Below are positions 51,988 to 64,000 of a stretch of DNA of 64,000 nt, piece by piece. The DNA is taken from assembly GCF_006345805.1 (NCBI RefSeq), contig NC_043015.1, forward strand, positions 52,824,001 through 52,888,000, read 5' to 3'. The translations under genes and the position numbers were made by a program. The notes beneath the pieces were generated by a model, which made no database searches, was not told the DNA's origin, and was given only the letters and a program-made list of their open reading frames with translations. Position 1 is the stretch's first letter. The number at the start of each line of letters is the position of its first letter. The stretch is from Octopus sinensis (Eukaryota).

Positions 51988-52597
51988 GCTTGCCCCTACT
52001 CCGCTTCACAGCCAAATAGTGACTCATGGCTCAATTAGGTGCCCTCCTCATCTACAGGTACCTTTCTAGGTGATGTCTGCACTTGTATTCGAGTGGCCCA
52101 ACACCTCGGTCTCCGCGTGTGTGAGCTACACAAAATGTCGTTGTGGAGCGGTAGTCGATGAATTCGGCCTGCAGACATAGCGCGGGCCGAATCCCTCGAC
52201 ACGTCGCTCTGAGTGACATAATTAGAAGGGGACCTCGACACGGCTCGCTTCCCGTCTCAGCTGGAGCAAGTAAGTCTCGGCCGCCAGGACGTTAATCGCC
52301 CCAACGGGATAACCATCTTCCCCTTCAAGAGAGGTAGAGCTCTAGTCTGGCATATGACGTGCTGTGGCACATTCTTCGGCTCCCATCTTGCTGCATCAAC
52401 TGTCGTCGCCCGTTACGCAGAAGAGAGAAAAATCACTAAAGTACAGGGGCCTGATCAGCCGCTGTCAGTTTGGGTCCGACGCCGTTTATACGTCAAGTTT
52501 TCTCGGACTCTCTACTACCGATTTCCTCCGAGAAACCGGGACAACTGCGGCCCGACTGAGAAATGAGCCCCGCTTGGTGGAGTGGCTGTTATTCTCC
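51988..52597 (+). pseudogene. CRE-clade non-LTR retrotransposon C-terminus (zinc knuckle plus restriction-like endonuclease), inactivated
   Basis: Across stops and frameshifts: SQPNSDSWLN*VPSSSTG...VAQHLGLRVCELHK/CRCGAVVDEFGL...GRIPRHVALSDIIRRG/LDTARFPSQLE...RPNGITIFPFKRGRALVWHMTC...AEERKITK/YRGL...FLRE...EPRLVEWL. This is the pattern of CRE-type RLE domains; RPD and VWD are mutated to RPN and VWH. Confidence 0.85.
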
Positions 52598-53039
52598 ATG
52601 TGTGTTTGTCCTCCACCACTGCTTGACAGCCAGTGCTGGTTTGTTTACGTCCCCGTAATTTCAGGCTTAAAAAAAAAGTAAGTACTGGGGTCGACTCATT
52701 CGACTAAAAGCTCTTCAAGGCGGTGCCCCAGCATGGCCGCAGTCTAATGACAAATAAAAGAAAAAAAGAAAGGTACAAGATATGTATGCATATATATATA
52801 TATATATGCACACACACACATGTGCGTGTGTGTAATTTGGTAGCTTAACATAACGACCGTTACTGATGAATCTAGTTCAGAGTGAGACAGACAGACAGAC
52901 GCACAGTGATAAAGCGAAAGAAAGAAGAGACGAGTATGATGTGAGATAAATGTAATAAATATATAAATAAATAAGGGAGGCGGGTGGTGGGGTAAAGAAC
53001 GAGGTATTTGTATTAATGTGGTCTACTCGCTGCCGGCAT

Positions 53040-53085
53040 CCGGAAGTAAGCTGTGCACTGAATCACGTGGACAGTTTACTTCCGG
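53040..53085. promoter_or_regulatory. Candidate TATA-less promoter: inverted ETS sites flanking an E-box, GC-box-like motif upstream
   Basis: CCGGAAGT at 53040-53047, TCACGTG at 53063-53069, ACTTCCGG at 53078-53085, GGGAGGCGGG near 52975; followed by about 300 bp of non-repetitive sequence. Confidence 0.5.
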
Positions 53086-53569
53086 ATCCACCAGTTATGG
53101 TTGCGATTTAGCAGCTGCGATGAGTAACTTCAGTTCTCAGTTACCCGGCTTCTGGCAGTGTTATTTCGAAATATTTAGCAGTAGTAGTAGTAGCAGCTCT
53201 CTGTTTTACTTCAGTTCTCTGGTTAAATGCTGTTGCCAAAATATCGAGAGAGGAAAGAAAAAAACTCTTTACGTATTCTTCATTCGACACCCGTCTTCTC
53301 TGTGTTTTTGGCAAACATAACAAGACGTTCTTCGTTCCTGTATAGTTTAACCATTCTAGTTGCTATTGTTCAAACTAGGGCCGGTCCTTGAGCAGGCTTA
53401 TGGTTAATGTCGTTCCTATCGTGACGATCCCGTCTTTTTCTATATCAATGTTTATCTTTTTTATTCATATTTCTTTCGGCTGTAGGGTTTGTAATTTGAG
53501 GAAAAGTTGGTCGCTGTTCTGCCCCTCCTGGCTTGTAACCCCATATATATTCCTAAGGGTAAAACGGTG

Positions 53570-53973
53570 GGATCTTTTCGGTTTGAACGGCAGTTTTTTT
53601 TAATAATTTCCACGTAACTAAACACTTTTAAACTTCGTATACTGGTAGAATATATTTATAAAACGTCTTTTTCTCTTGGCATTATTGAGAAAATTCTAGT
53701 TTGTAAGATATTAGTTGTTTTTTCTGCAATTTCAACCAATCAATGATGTCTATTGAGGTGAAAACGTTCTGTACCGTATGAATATGTCCCTCGTTTTAGA
53801 AACAGATTGGGTTTATTTACATTTCTGAAGAAAAAAAGATACCCTTTCCCCCACCCCTAACCCTAACCCTAAAACAGATTGAAATGCAATAGATCGATAC
53901 TAGGGTCATAATTATGGTTGACAATTTCATATGACACCGCTAGAAAAAACTGCCGTTCAAACCGAAAAGATCC
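53570..53973. mobile_element. 404-bp MITE with 30-bp perfect TIRs and 8-bp TSD (Merlin-like termini)
   Basis: TIR ggatcttttcggtttgaacggcagtttttt at 53570-53599 and its reverse complement at 53944-53973; TSD aaacggtg at 53562-53569 and 53974-53981; internal (CCCTAA)3 at 53855-53872. Confidence 0.9.
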
Positions 53974-54526
53974 AAACGGTGTGATGCGGTTACATGAATT
54001 TCGATGAAGGTAGTTTCGATTCCTAGTCGAAGTAGTAATGATATATTTCGCTGATATTTTCACACATCCATGTTCTTGCTTTCTTATTTGCTTGTTTTAA
54101 GTACATTTTTAAAAAAATTCTTTTTTCTCGCCTCATCTGATGTTGACGTGCGAGCGTCTGCATTCTTTCTATTTGCCGATTAGCTTTGCCGGTATGCAAT
54201 GTTCATATGTAAGCACTCACTCACAGAAAAGAGAAACTATTAACGCTTCTGAAATACACTTTAAGGACTCCCAGAATGACCGCCGTCTAACGATTGAAAA
54301 CTCTGAAAATGAAATTAAATGTAAAGGAACATATAATAGTACACGTGTGTGAATGTGTCTGCAGAGAGAGAGAGAGAGAGCAGTATTTCTCAGCCGTTTT
54401 AATATCCGGGTCTGACCCAAAACTTGGATCTTTTTTAATTTATAGAGGAGAGACCGTCGGGGGCCGCCGCAAGATTGCTTGAAGATTGCATGCGCCCTTG
54501 GGGGCCGCGGTTAAGAACCGTTGGTG

Positions 54527-54592
<66 letters not shown>

Positions 54593-54608
54593 TAGATAGG
54601 TAGGTAGG

Positions 54609-54672
<64 letters not shown>

Positions 54673-55837
54673 ATGATAGATAGATAGATGGGTGTTCGTT
54701 TCTAGATATGTGTATATGTATTTATAAATGTACAGCTACCTGCTAATTTATTATTTTGTTTTTATGCCTTTTTATACACACACTAATATACATACAGCAT
54801 ACAGTAAAACTGTTAGTACTTGCAAAATATATAACATCTATTTTTTAAAAGAAGGCTGTTTAACTATTTAATTATGTGTGTATACATACATGCATGTACG
54901 TGTGTGACATATAAATGTATGTTACATATACCAGTTTATATGTGGACCCAGCTGCTGGCGAAGCTGTTTCCCTGCCGAGGTGAAAATATCTTGGTCTCTA
55001 AAAGACACTGCGATCATATAGAAAAACAATTTTGCCAACTGATGGATCCAAATTTGAATTAATGCATACAGACATACATAATCACCGTTTAATGTCCGTT
55101 TTCCATGCTGGCATGGGTTGGACGGTTTGTCAGAAGTTATAAAGCCAGAGGACTTCACCAAACTCCAATGCAAGCTTTAGCTACTGGATTCCCTTCCTAA
55201 CGCCAACCATTTTGCTGCTTTATATGTGGCACCAGCACCAGTGAAGTAGTGAAGTCAAGAAGAAACTCACCAGACAAGACCCTTTAAATGAAGCGGGTGT
55301 GATATTGGCGGAGGTTGCTTAATGCCAGCTGAGACCAGGGTAGACAATTTTTTTCATCTTTTTTCAGACAGGCCAGTCAGAAATGTCTTTTATATCTTGC
55401 AGGTCAAAGAAAAAGAAAACTGAAACCATAATCATGCAAACCAACAGAGACGGCTTTTTTTTTAAATTTGTCAACATCATCTGTTATAATGAAGGAATCA
55501 TTAGGCTTTTAATGATGTAAAGAATTGCTAGGTGTCATCCAGGGTCATTTTAACAGCATTACAGAACGTTAGGCATATCGATGCACTGGGCCCTATAGTT
55601 TATTCATTGACGGCAAACCACAACACATAGAGATCAGAATTGGGCCTCTAGATTTTTGTGGCCCCTGGACAACTACCCAGGGTAGCCATGCCTTAAGATA
55701 GAACTGGTGCCACGTACATCATAACATATAGTGAACAGTTAAAGACTTCGTAGCGGTGATTCGAAACCGAACCGTAGGTAACCGGTCATACATCACGACC
55801 AACCACAGTAGTTTCACGCGATCAGTCTATTAAACAG

Positions 55838-56310
55838 CCAATCAGCGTGAGCCTTCGTGTGATTCAATCTTCTATAATCTTCTTCTTGTACCCTATAAAA
55901 GCTGCTTTTGGCGTCAACGCTCTTCAAAGAGCGTTGAGAGTTGCCGACTCAGTTACACGTTCCACCTCTTGCCATTCAGAATTGCGAAGCTGCTACTCGA
56001 TGTGTCTCCATTCTTGCCACAGCCAGATGATGCAGGAAAATGGTTATGACAGCTGGCAGATAGATGACAGGCAACTTCATCATTACGAATGTAGCACAAT
56101 TGTTTCCAGTAAAGTTGGGCCAGCCACATGTTGCTGTCTCAGTAAGCTTGTCTTAAACTCCAAGCAGTATGTTTCTCCCATTATTTAATTATTGCCGTTG
56201 CTATTTGTGAAAGACCAATGCAGTTTGGACTTTATGTGCAATAATAAAACCTTCTGTTAAATGTCCGCGGATGTGGTTCCATTACTTCTCCACACATCCC
56301 AAGAACCACA
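55838..56310 (+). mobile_element. Solo-LTR-like cassette (CCAAT, TATA, hairpin, AATAAA); left boundary not resolved
   Basis: CCAAT at 55838, TATAAAA at 55894, 10-bp hairpin at 55914-55937, AATAAA at 56243, ends near ...aaccaca. No partner LTR or TSD found. Confidence 0.45.
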
Positions 56311-56392
56311 TTTTCATTCATCAATCAATTTAACCAGTTACCAATACAACCAGACCACAACAAAACACAACCACTCAAGCGACGTGTTTGTG

Positions 56393-56436
<44 letters not shown>

Positions 56437-56582
56437 TATATATATTATATTATATATATATATATATGTGTGGGGATATACATATATATATATATATATT
56501 ATATATTATATATATATATGTGTGGGGATATCATATATATATATTATATGTATATATGTGTGTGTGTGTATACATATATGTG

Positions 56583-56895
56583 TGTGAAGGCGCAATGGCC
56601 CAGTGGTTAGGGCAGCGGACTCAAGGTTGTAGGATCGCGGTTTCGATTCCCAGACCGGGCGTTGTGAGTGTTTATTGAGCAAAAACACCTAAAGCTCCAC
56701 GAGGCTCCGGCAGTGGGTGGTGGCGATCCCTGCTGTACTCATTCGCCACAACTTTCTCTCACTCTTTCTTCTGTTGACCTGCTCGCTTAGCCAGCGGGGT
56801 GGCGTCATTTGAAGGCTAAAACAATGCGAAGCGCATTGTGACCAGCGATGTGCAGCAACATGTGATAGCCTGGTCGGTCACGGTGATCACGGTGA
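56583..56895 (+). mobile_element. SINE family C, full-length
   Basis: Head gtgaaggcgcaatggcccagtggttagggcagcggactc and the tail shared with 39280-39570. Confidence 0.85.
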
Positions 56896-57141
56896 TATAT
56901 ATATGTATACATACTTGTGTGTACATATATATGTGTGTATATATAACTATGTATATTTGTATGTGCGAATATGTATGTATATGTATATGTGTCTGATGGT
57001 GTTTGTCTCCCTTCACAGTTTGAGAACGCGTTACTGGTTTGTTTACATCACAATAACTAAGCGTTTTGGCTAAAGAAACGAATGGAACTGGTACCAGACT
57101 TTAAAAACTATAAGCACTGCGGTCAATTTGTTGGCCTAAAC

Positions 57142-57414
57142 TAGGCCTGGCCAATTCGAATTACATTGCGGGCCACTTCAATCACACATATTTTACTTTC
57201 TCATGCTATTATTACAATAATAAATGAATGATATTTGATTTAACATGAAATATCGTTGCAAAAACAGTAGTATCTTTCTTTTTTGACTTTTCATTAAAAT
57301 CTTTAATTTCTGATAAAAAATTTTTTTTAATGTTTGTTTAAATAAACCCATTTCAAGAAAGTATCAAGCAGGCCGCAAGATAAAAGTGTGCGGATCTCAA
57401 GTTGGTCAGCCCTG
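57142..57414. mobile_element. hAT-type MITE inserted in a SINE tail
   Basis: Imperfect TIRs taggcctggccaa / ttggtcagccctg; 8-bp TSD gcctaaac / gcctaaaa. Confidence 0.7.
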
Positions 57415-58248
57415 GCCTAAAAACCTACAAGGCAGTGACTGAAAGAGGTAAAATGTAAAAAGATGTAACATGACTGCAGCTGAGTCTGGAGCAGAATGAA
57501 ACTTTTGCTCTGTCTTTTGATTCTCAATTTTGTTGTTCACCAAACGAAGATTGATTTAAAAATCAAAACCGTTGTACATGAATGTCACTGATCCAATAGA
57601 GCTGGTTGGCTGGATTTAACGCAGAGGGCCATAGTTTGTCTTCCTCTAATACATACACGCGCAAGCAAGCGCGCACACACACCGAGTTGGTGGATAAATA
57701 CTCTTTGCTTGTTGGTTCACAAGGCTACCAATGGTCTTGTGTAGGTAGAAATCTATCGACAATTATCAAGCTTGCTAAATGGGAACATTGGCAGCAGCTG
57801 CATAAAATCATTGCTAGCCTTGTTAACTAAAGAAAATTTATCCACCAATGCTGTGTTGAGCACTCATCCTCACTGTTCACTATTGTCGTGTGTGTGTATG
57901 TATGTGTGTGTGTGTATGTGTGTATGTATATACATATATATGTATACACATATATATATACACACGCACACATATATATATATTTATACACACATATGTA
58001 TATATATATACATACATGTATATATACATACGTATATATATATATATACATACATGTATATATACATACGTATATATATATATATTCTACATGGTATATA
58101 TACATACGTATATATATACTATATATATTATAATACATATGTACATACATATATATATATATCTATATATATTTATATATATATATGTATAGATTTATAT
58201 ATATTTATATTTATATATGTATGTATGTATATATATATATCATACATG

Positions 58249-58290
<42 letters not shown>

Positions 58291-58340
58291 GCATGTATGT
58301 ATGTATGTATGTATGTATGTATGTATATATATATATATGG

Positions 58341-58374
<34 letters not shown>

Positions 58375-58668
58375 TATATTATATATATATATATATATAT
58401 CTATATATATAATATATATATATATATGTATGTAGTATGTATGTATATTCATTTGGACCGCTGTGAGAGCATACGCTCGAAACGTAAAAGGCTTTATTTT
58501 TCCGACCGATTGTTGTTCATATATCTGTTTTCGTCTTTTGTTTTTCTATAAATTTCAACTATATATATATATTGTTATATCTGGGAATGATCATATTTAC
58601 TTCCAGTTAACCACAAGTACTGTACACTTATTCTTCAGCTTTATTATCACCCCTATTTAAATGTTCTT

Positions 58669-58793
58669 TGTCTGAGATATTTCGTCACACATCCTGTGAC
58701 ATTTTCAGAATGGACTAAACAGAAGAGGAGACACACGTGAGACGGAAAATCATTGAAGTGGTCACAGGGCGTGTGACGAAAGATTTCCAGACA
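58669..58793. ncRNA. Inverted pair of degenerate hammerhead-like motifs
   Basis: Minus 58712-58669: CTGAAAA-T-gtcaca(ggatg)tgtgac-GAAAtatctcagaca. Plus 58751-58793: TTGAAGT-G-gtcaca(gggcg)tgtgac-GAAAgatttccagaca. Confidence 0.45.
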
Positions 58794-58818
58794 ATGGGCG
58801 TAAAATAATAGTAATAAC

Positions 58819-58877
<59 letters not shown>

Positions 58878-59033
58878 TAATAATAATAATAATAATAATA
58901 ATAAAGCTGAAGTGAAGGCCTAGTGTATAATACTTGCGTTTAACTGACAAAAAAAAATATGACCATCCCCATATACAACAATATCCGCTTCAACACACGA
59001 TTTCACATCAGGAATCTTGCAGAACAAAAACAT

Positions 59034-59084
<51 letters not shown>

Positions 59085-59214
59085 CGCGTATATTCACCAT
59101 CATCATTATTATCTTCATATATATACACACGCGCACATGTATGTACATATATATATATCTATATATATCTATATACATGTATACAAATTAATGTGTATAT
59201 GTTTCTCTGTGTGC

Positions 59215-59246
<32 letters not shown>

Positions 59247-59506
59247 GTGCAGGCGTGGTAAGAAGCTTCCTTTCTAACCACATGGTTCCGGTTTCAGTCC
59301 CACTGTGCGGCACATTGGGCAAGTGTCTTCTACTATAGCCTCAGGCTGACTAAAGCCTTGTGAGTGGATTTGGTAGACGGAAACTCAGAGAAGCCCGTTG
59401 TATATATATATGTATATACATCCTGGGTTAGATGTATTCGACTGGAACCTTCCCCCAAAATTTCGGGCCTTGTGCCTACAGTAGAAAAGAATAATTGGCA
59501 GATTAA

Positions 59507-59549
<43 letters not shown>

Positions 59550-59710
59550 TATAATATATATATGTATATCCTTGTGGTGTCTTTGTGACTGTGTTTGTTG
59601 CCCACCACCATCGACATAATAGGTACTAGGCTTGTGATTTCATCGAATAAAACTCCTTTCAGGCGATGTCACAGTATGGCCTCAGTGAAATGACTGAAAC
59701 AAGTAAAAGA

Positions 59711-59770
<60 letters not shown>

Positions 59771-59771
59771 A

Positions 59772-59827
<56 letters not shown>

Positions 59828-59905
59828 GTAAATATATGGCACAATGTATAATTTTCCCTCGCGGGCTATTCTTTACTGGAAAGCAATACTTTCGTATTGC
59901 ATTAC

Positions 59906-59936
<31 letters not shown>

Positions 59937-60765
59937 TGCCCCAGCATGACCACAGCTCGTGAGCTGAAACTAGATGAAATTGAAAAATATATACGACCAG
60001 CTTCTTTCAGTTTCCGTTTACCAAATACACTTACAAGGTTTTGGATGGCCGAGGATATAGCAGAAGACAGACGCCCAAGGTGCCATGCAGTGGGATTGAA
60101 CCCGAAACCATGTTTTTGGAAAGCTATTATGGTACAATAGAAACGAGAAACAGAGAGTAATAAGGAAGTTTTCAGCTTCTAATAGACGCAGATAGACACA
60201 CTGAACCACACACACAGAGACATGCATGCATGTCTAAATTATCAAATATATTTCTGTAATATATTATTTGTACCTAAGTCAATCAGATGGAGAGAGAGAG
60301 AGGAGGGAACACCGAACGAAAAATGCGTTGAAATTCGATACCGAAACGACATTCATTCGAAACGTGCCGCCGTTTCAATCGCTCCGCCACCGCCGTGCGT
60401 CCTTATAATATTTTAAACAATAGAGATATTAAAATCTGCAAGCAAATAATTGCTATCCATTTCTGTCAGGCAAATTAGATATGGAAATATTTCTTGTAAA
60501 TAACGCTTCTAAACAATGCAAGGGGGCAAATCTCTTTTTAATTCGTCTCTCTTTGTACGTTCCCTTAATTCTTTGTTTCCTTCGTTAATTCTATTATGTG
60601 CGTGTGTGGAGGTGTGTGTACACACGTTTCCCTCCTTTCTCTCTCTCCACACACACACACACACACACACACATACTTACACACACATAATTACGCACAC
60701 TGTAATGCATACATGTGTATATGTGTGGTGTGTGTATATGCACACGCATTTATGTATATTATATA

Positions 60766-60821
<56 letters not shown>

Positions 60822-60919
60822 TAATATATTTCTGTGTGTATGTACACACAGACACACACACACACACACACACACACGAGAACATATTTCTATCAATAAT
60901 TGGCAGATTGATAAAGCAG

Positions 60920-61250
60920 CGAGCTGGCAGAAACGTTAGCACGCCGGGCGAAATGCGTAGCCGTATTTCGTCTGCCGCTACGTTCTGAGTCCAAATCCCG
61001 TCGAGGTCGACTTTGCCTTTCAACCTTTCGGGGTCGATTAAATAAGTACCAGTTACGTACTGGGGTCGATATGATCGACTTAATCCGTTTGTCTGTCCTT
61101 GTTTGTCCTCTCTGTGTTTAGCCCCTTGTGGGTAGTAAAGAAATAGGTATTTCGTCTGCCTTTATGTTCTGAGTTCAGATTCTGCCGAGGTTGACTTTGC
61201 CTTTCGGGGTCTATAAATTAAGTACCAGTTACCTACTGGCCTAGATGTAT
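60920..61250 (+). mobile_element. SINE family B, full copy plus partial second copy
   Basis: Family B head, central domain and gcccc...aaagaaata tail, followed by a repeated partial copy. Confidence 0.85.
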
Positions 61251-61289
61251 TCGAAAATAGAGTAGAAAAGAATAATTGGCAGATTATAT

Positions 61290-61735
61290 AGGCGAAGGAG
61301 TGACTGTGTGGTAAGTAACTTGTTTTCCGACCACATGGTTCCGGGTTCAGTCCACAGCATGGCACCTTGGGCAAGTGTCTTCTATAGCCTTGGGCCGACC
61401 AAAGCCTTGTGAGTGGGTTTGGTAGACGGAAACTGAAAGAGGCCCGTCGTGTGTGTGTGTGTGTGTGTGTATATAATATGTGTGTGTGTGCGCGCGCGCG
61501 TGTATGTATATATATATATGTGTGTGTGTGTGTTTGTCCGCCCCCATAGCATCATTTGACAACCAATGCTAGTGTGTTTACGCCGCCGCATCTTAGCAGT
61601 TCAGCAAAAGACACCGATACAATAAGTACTAGGCTTGCAAAGAGCATGTTCTAGGGTCGATTTGCTCGACTCAAAGGCGGTGCTCCAGCTTGGCCGCAGT
61701 TAAATGAGTGAAACAAATAAAGAGAATAAAAGAAT
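61290..61735 (+). mobile_element. SINE family A, full-length copy
   Basis: Head, internal (TG)/(TA)/(CG) tract, body and tail. Confidence 0.85.
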
Positions 61736-61808
61736 ATGCACTTAAATTCTAGTTTACTTTTCACATCAGCAAACATATACATACACATATACATATATAC
61801 ATACATGC

Positions 61809-61863
<55 letters not shown>

Positions 61864-61904
61864 CCCCTTTCACTGTACTCTCGCACACGCACACTTGCAC
61901 ACAC

Positions 61905-61967
<63 letters not shown>

Positions 61968-62160
61968 CACACACACTAAATTTCCCCACACATTCATTAT
62001 ATATTATAATCAGTCACCGGGCACTATTATCATTTTTATTCTCTTACCATCATCATCATCATCAGCATCATTATTATTATATTTCAAAATTATTCATCCC
62101 CAGCTCCTCACCTGTTTTGATCGTGTTTTCTCATTGTATTTATTATCATTATCCTTATTA

Positions 62161-62192
<32 letters not shown>

Positions 62193-62617
62193 GTCATCAT
62201 TTGCAAGTTAAGCGTTGTAAAAGTTATTGTTTCCTCTGACAAAAACAAGTCAATTGAGAAACATGTGATTGTGTTTTGTTGTGAAGAGTAAAAGTAGTTT
62301 TTATTGTTGTTAATTGTCTTTTTTTCTATCATTTATATATTTTTCTATTACTCTATTTTGTCTTCCTTTCATTTATTCATATTTATACATTTATATATGG
62401 TATGTTTTTTTTTTATTCCGTAGCTATTTTAAAATCATTTCGTCACTTAAATGGTTTTCGGTGTCACAACAAATAAAGGATATGCAACTTTAACAAGGGA
62501 GATAATTACAGCTTACTCGTATTTCACACACACACAACCACCTATTCACGCACTTTCACCAGCTCTCTCTCTTTCGCTGTCTCACTCTATCTTTCTCTTT
62601 TCCTTCTCTCTCGCTTT

Positions 62618-62650
<33 letters not shown>

Positions 62651-62865
62651 TTGTAGCTTTCTTTCCTTCTCTCTCTCTCTCTTCTCTATGTAATCTACGT
62701 GATCCATTTAAGCTACTTGACGCTTTCTTCCAATCTATTACATTCGCGCACGCTTTATTCCTACTCTTTCATTACACTCACGCTCAGACGCAGACTGACA
62801 CATGCGCGCCGGCATGCACGCACGCACACATACGCACGCACGCACACACACACACACACACACAC

Positions 62866-62907
<42 letters not shown>

Positions 62908-62970
62908 GTCATTTCCTCCTCTTTATCTGTCTATGAAATTCAAGTACTTTGCCGCTTTGCAGGTTTCTCT

Positions 62971-63013
<43 letters not shown>

Positions 63014-63042
63014 CATACGTACGTACATACATACATACATAT

Positions 63043-63076
<34 letters not shown>

Positions 63077-63287
63077 GTGCGTGTGTGTGTGTGTATATTT
63101 ATATATATATATGTGTGTATATATATATTTTTATATATATGTTTATATACATATATCTACCTATATATATAGTATATATATATATTTATATATATATGTA
63201 TATATATATTTATATATATATAGTAAATATATATATGTGTGTGGTGTGTATGTATGTTTGTATATAAACATCTATCTATCTATCTAC

Positions 63288-63338
<51 letters not shown>

Positions 63339-63548
63339 TATATATATATACATATATATAGATATACACACATCTATCTATTTGTCTGTCTGTCTATCTG
63401 TGTCTCCTTCCTACTCTTTCTCCCTTCCCCCTCTCTGTTTCTAATACACAAACACGCACACAAACTCACAGACACACACACACACATACACACTCAATGA
63501 CTTAATACGCGAATAGGACTTCGTGGGAGACAAAATGAGATAAGGTGG

Positions 63549-63555
63549 CGAAGAA

Positions 63556-63586
<31 letters not shown>

Positions 63587-63660
63587 GAGAAGAAGAAGAA
63601 GAAGAAGAGAAGAAGAAGAAGAAGAAGAAGAAGAAGAAGAAGAAGAAGAAGAAGAAGGAG
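63549..63660. repeat. (GAA)n microsatellite
   Basis: Run of GAA with GAG interruptions. Confidence 0.95.
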
Positions 63661-64000
63661 GAGGATGGCGGCGAGGCCGAGGATGTGCCGTTACGTGAGA
63701 GACCGACCCACAGACGATGGTGATGAGAGAGTAAAGGATAGGGAGGAAAGACTGAGAGAGGGGGGTATCGGCGAAGAAGAAAGAAAAGGGGAAAAAACGG
63801 AAAAAGATAACTTGGGTATAAGATTTAGGGAAGGGGCCGAAAGAGGAAAGAACCACTGGGCAGTATGTATCTATATGTGTAATATAAACCAGTGCCCTGA
63901 CCTCGTAACATGCATTTAAGAGCTTCTATACCGACCGTTCTTGGCCAGCAAGGTATTTTCCAAGGCCGGACAAACATATGGAACTCCGCTATTGTATGAG

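Noticed and set aside
53855-53872. True telomere or chromosome-fusion scar
   Set aside because: Only three CCCTAA units, located inside a MITE with intact TIRs.
63665-63862. ATGGCGGCG-initiated 66-codon frame ending at gca|gtatgt
   Set aside because: It lies in GA-rich low-complexity sequence next to a (GAA)n run; the charged peptide is explained by base composition.

Overview
AT-rich eukaryotic DNA dominated by microsatellites ((TA)n, (CA)n, (GA)n, (CTAT)n, (GAT)n, (GAA)n) and short interspersed repeats. The repeat families look like those of an Octopus (coleoid cephalopod) genome; this is recognition from memory, not a database result. I find no convincing intact protein-coding gene, and nearly all ORFs in the supplied track are translations of microsatellites or SINEs. 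The window contains: dozens of tRNA-derived SINE copies from at least four families; a (GAT)n-tailed retroelement with an internal 66-bp VNTR (3 VNTR-bearing copies plus a tail fragment); dead LINE fragments (RTE reverse transcriptase, an RTE 3' end, a CRE-clade restriction-like endonuclease domain); several MITEs with readable TIRs and TSDs; a solo-LTR-like cassette; two promoter-like motif clusters; and one weak candidate exon. The most notable signal is a set of about 9 minimal hammerhead-ribozyme motifs or remnants from several sequence families. They are of the Penelope-like-element type, and the best-preserved ones have palindromic helix III, implying cleavage as dimers. Coordinates were read by eye; repeat boundaries are approximate unless a TSD or TIR is quoted.
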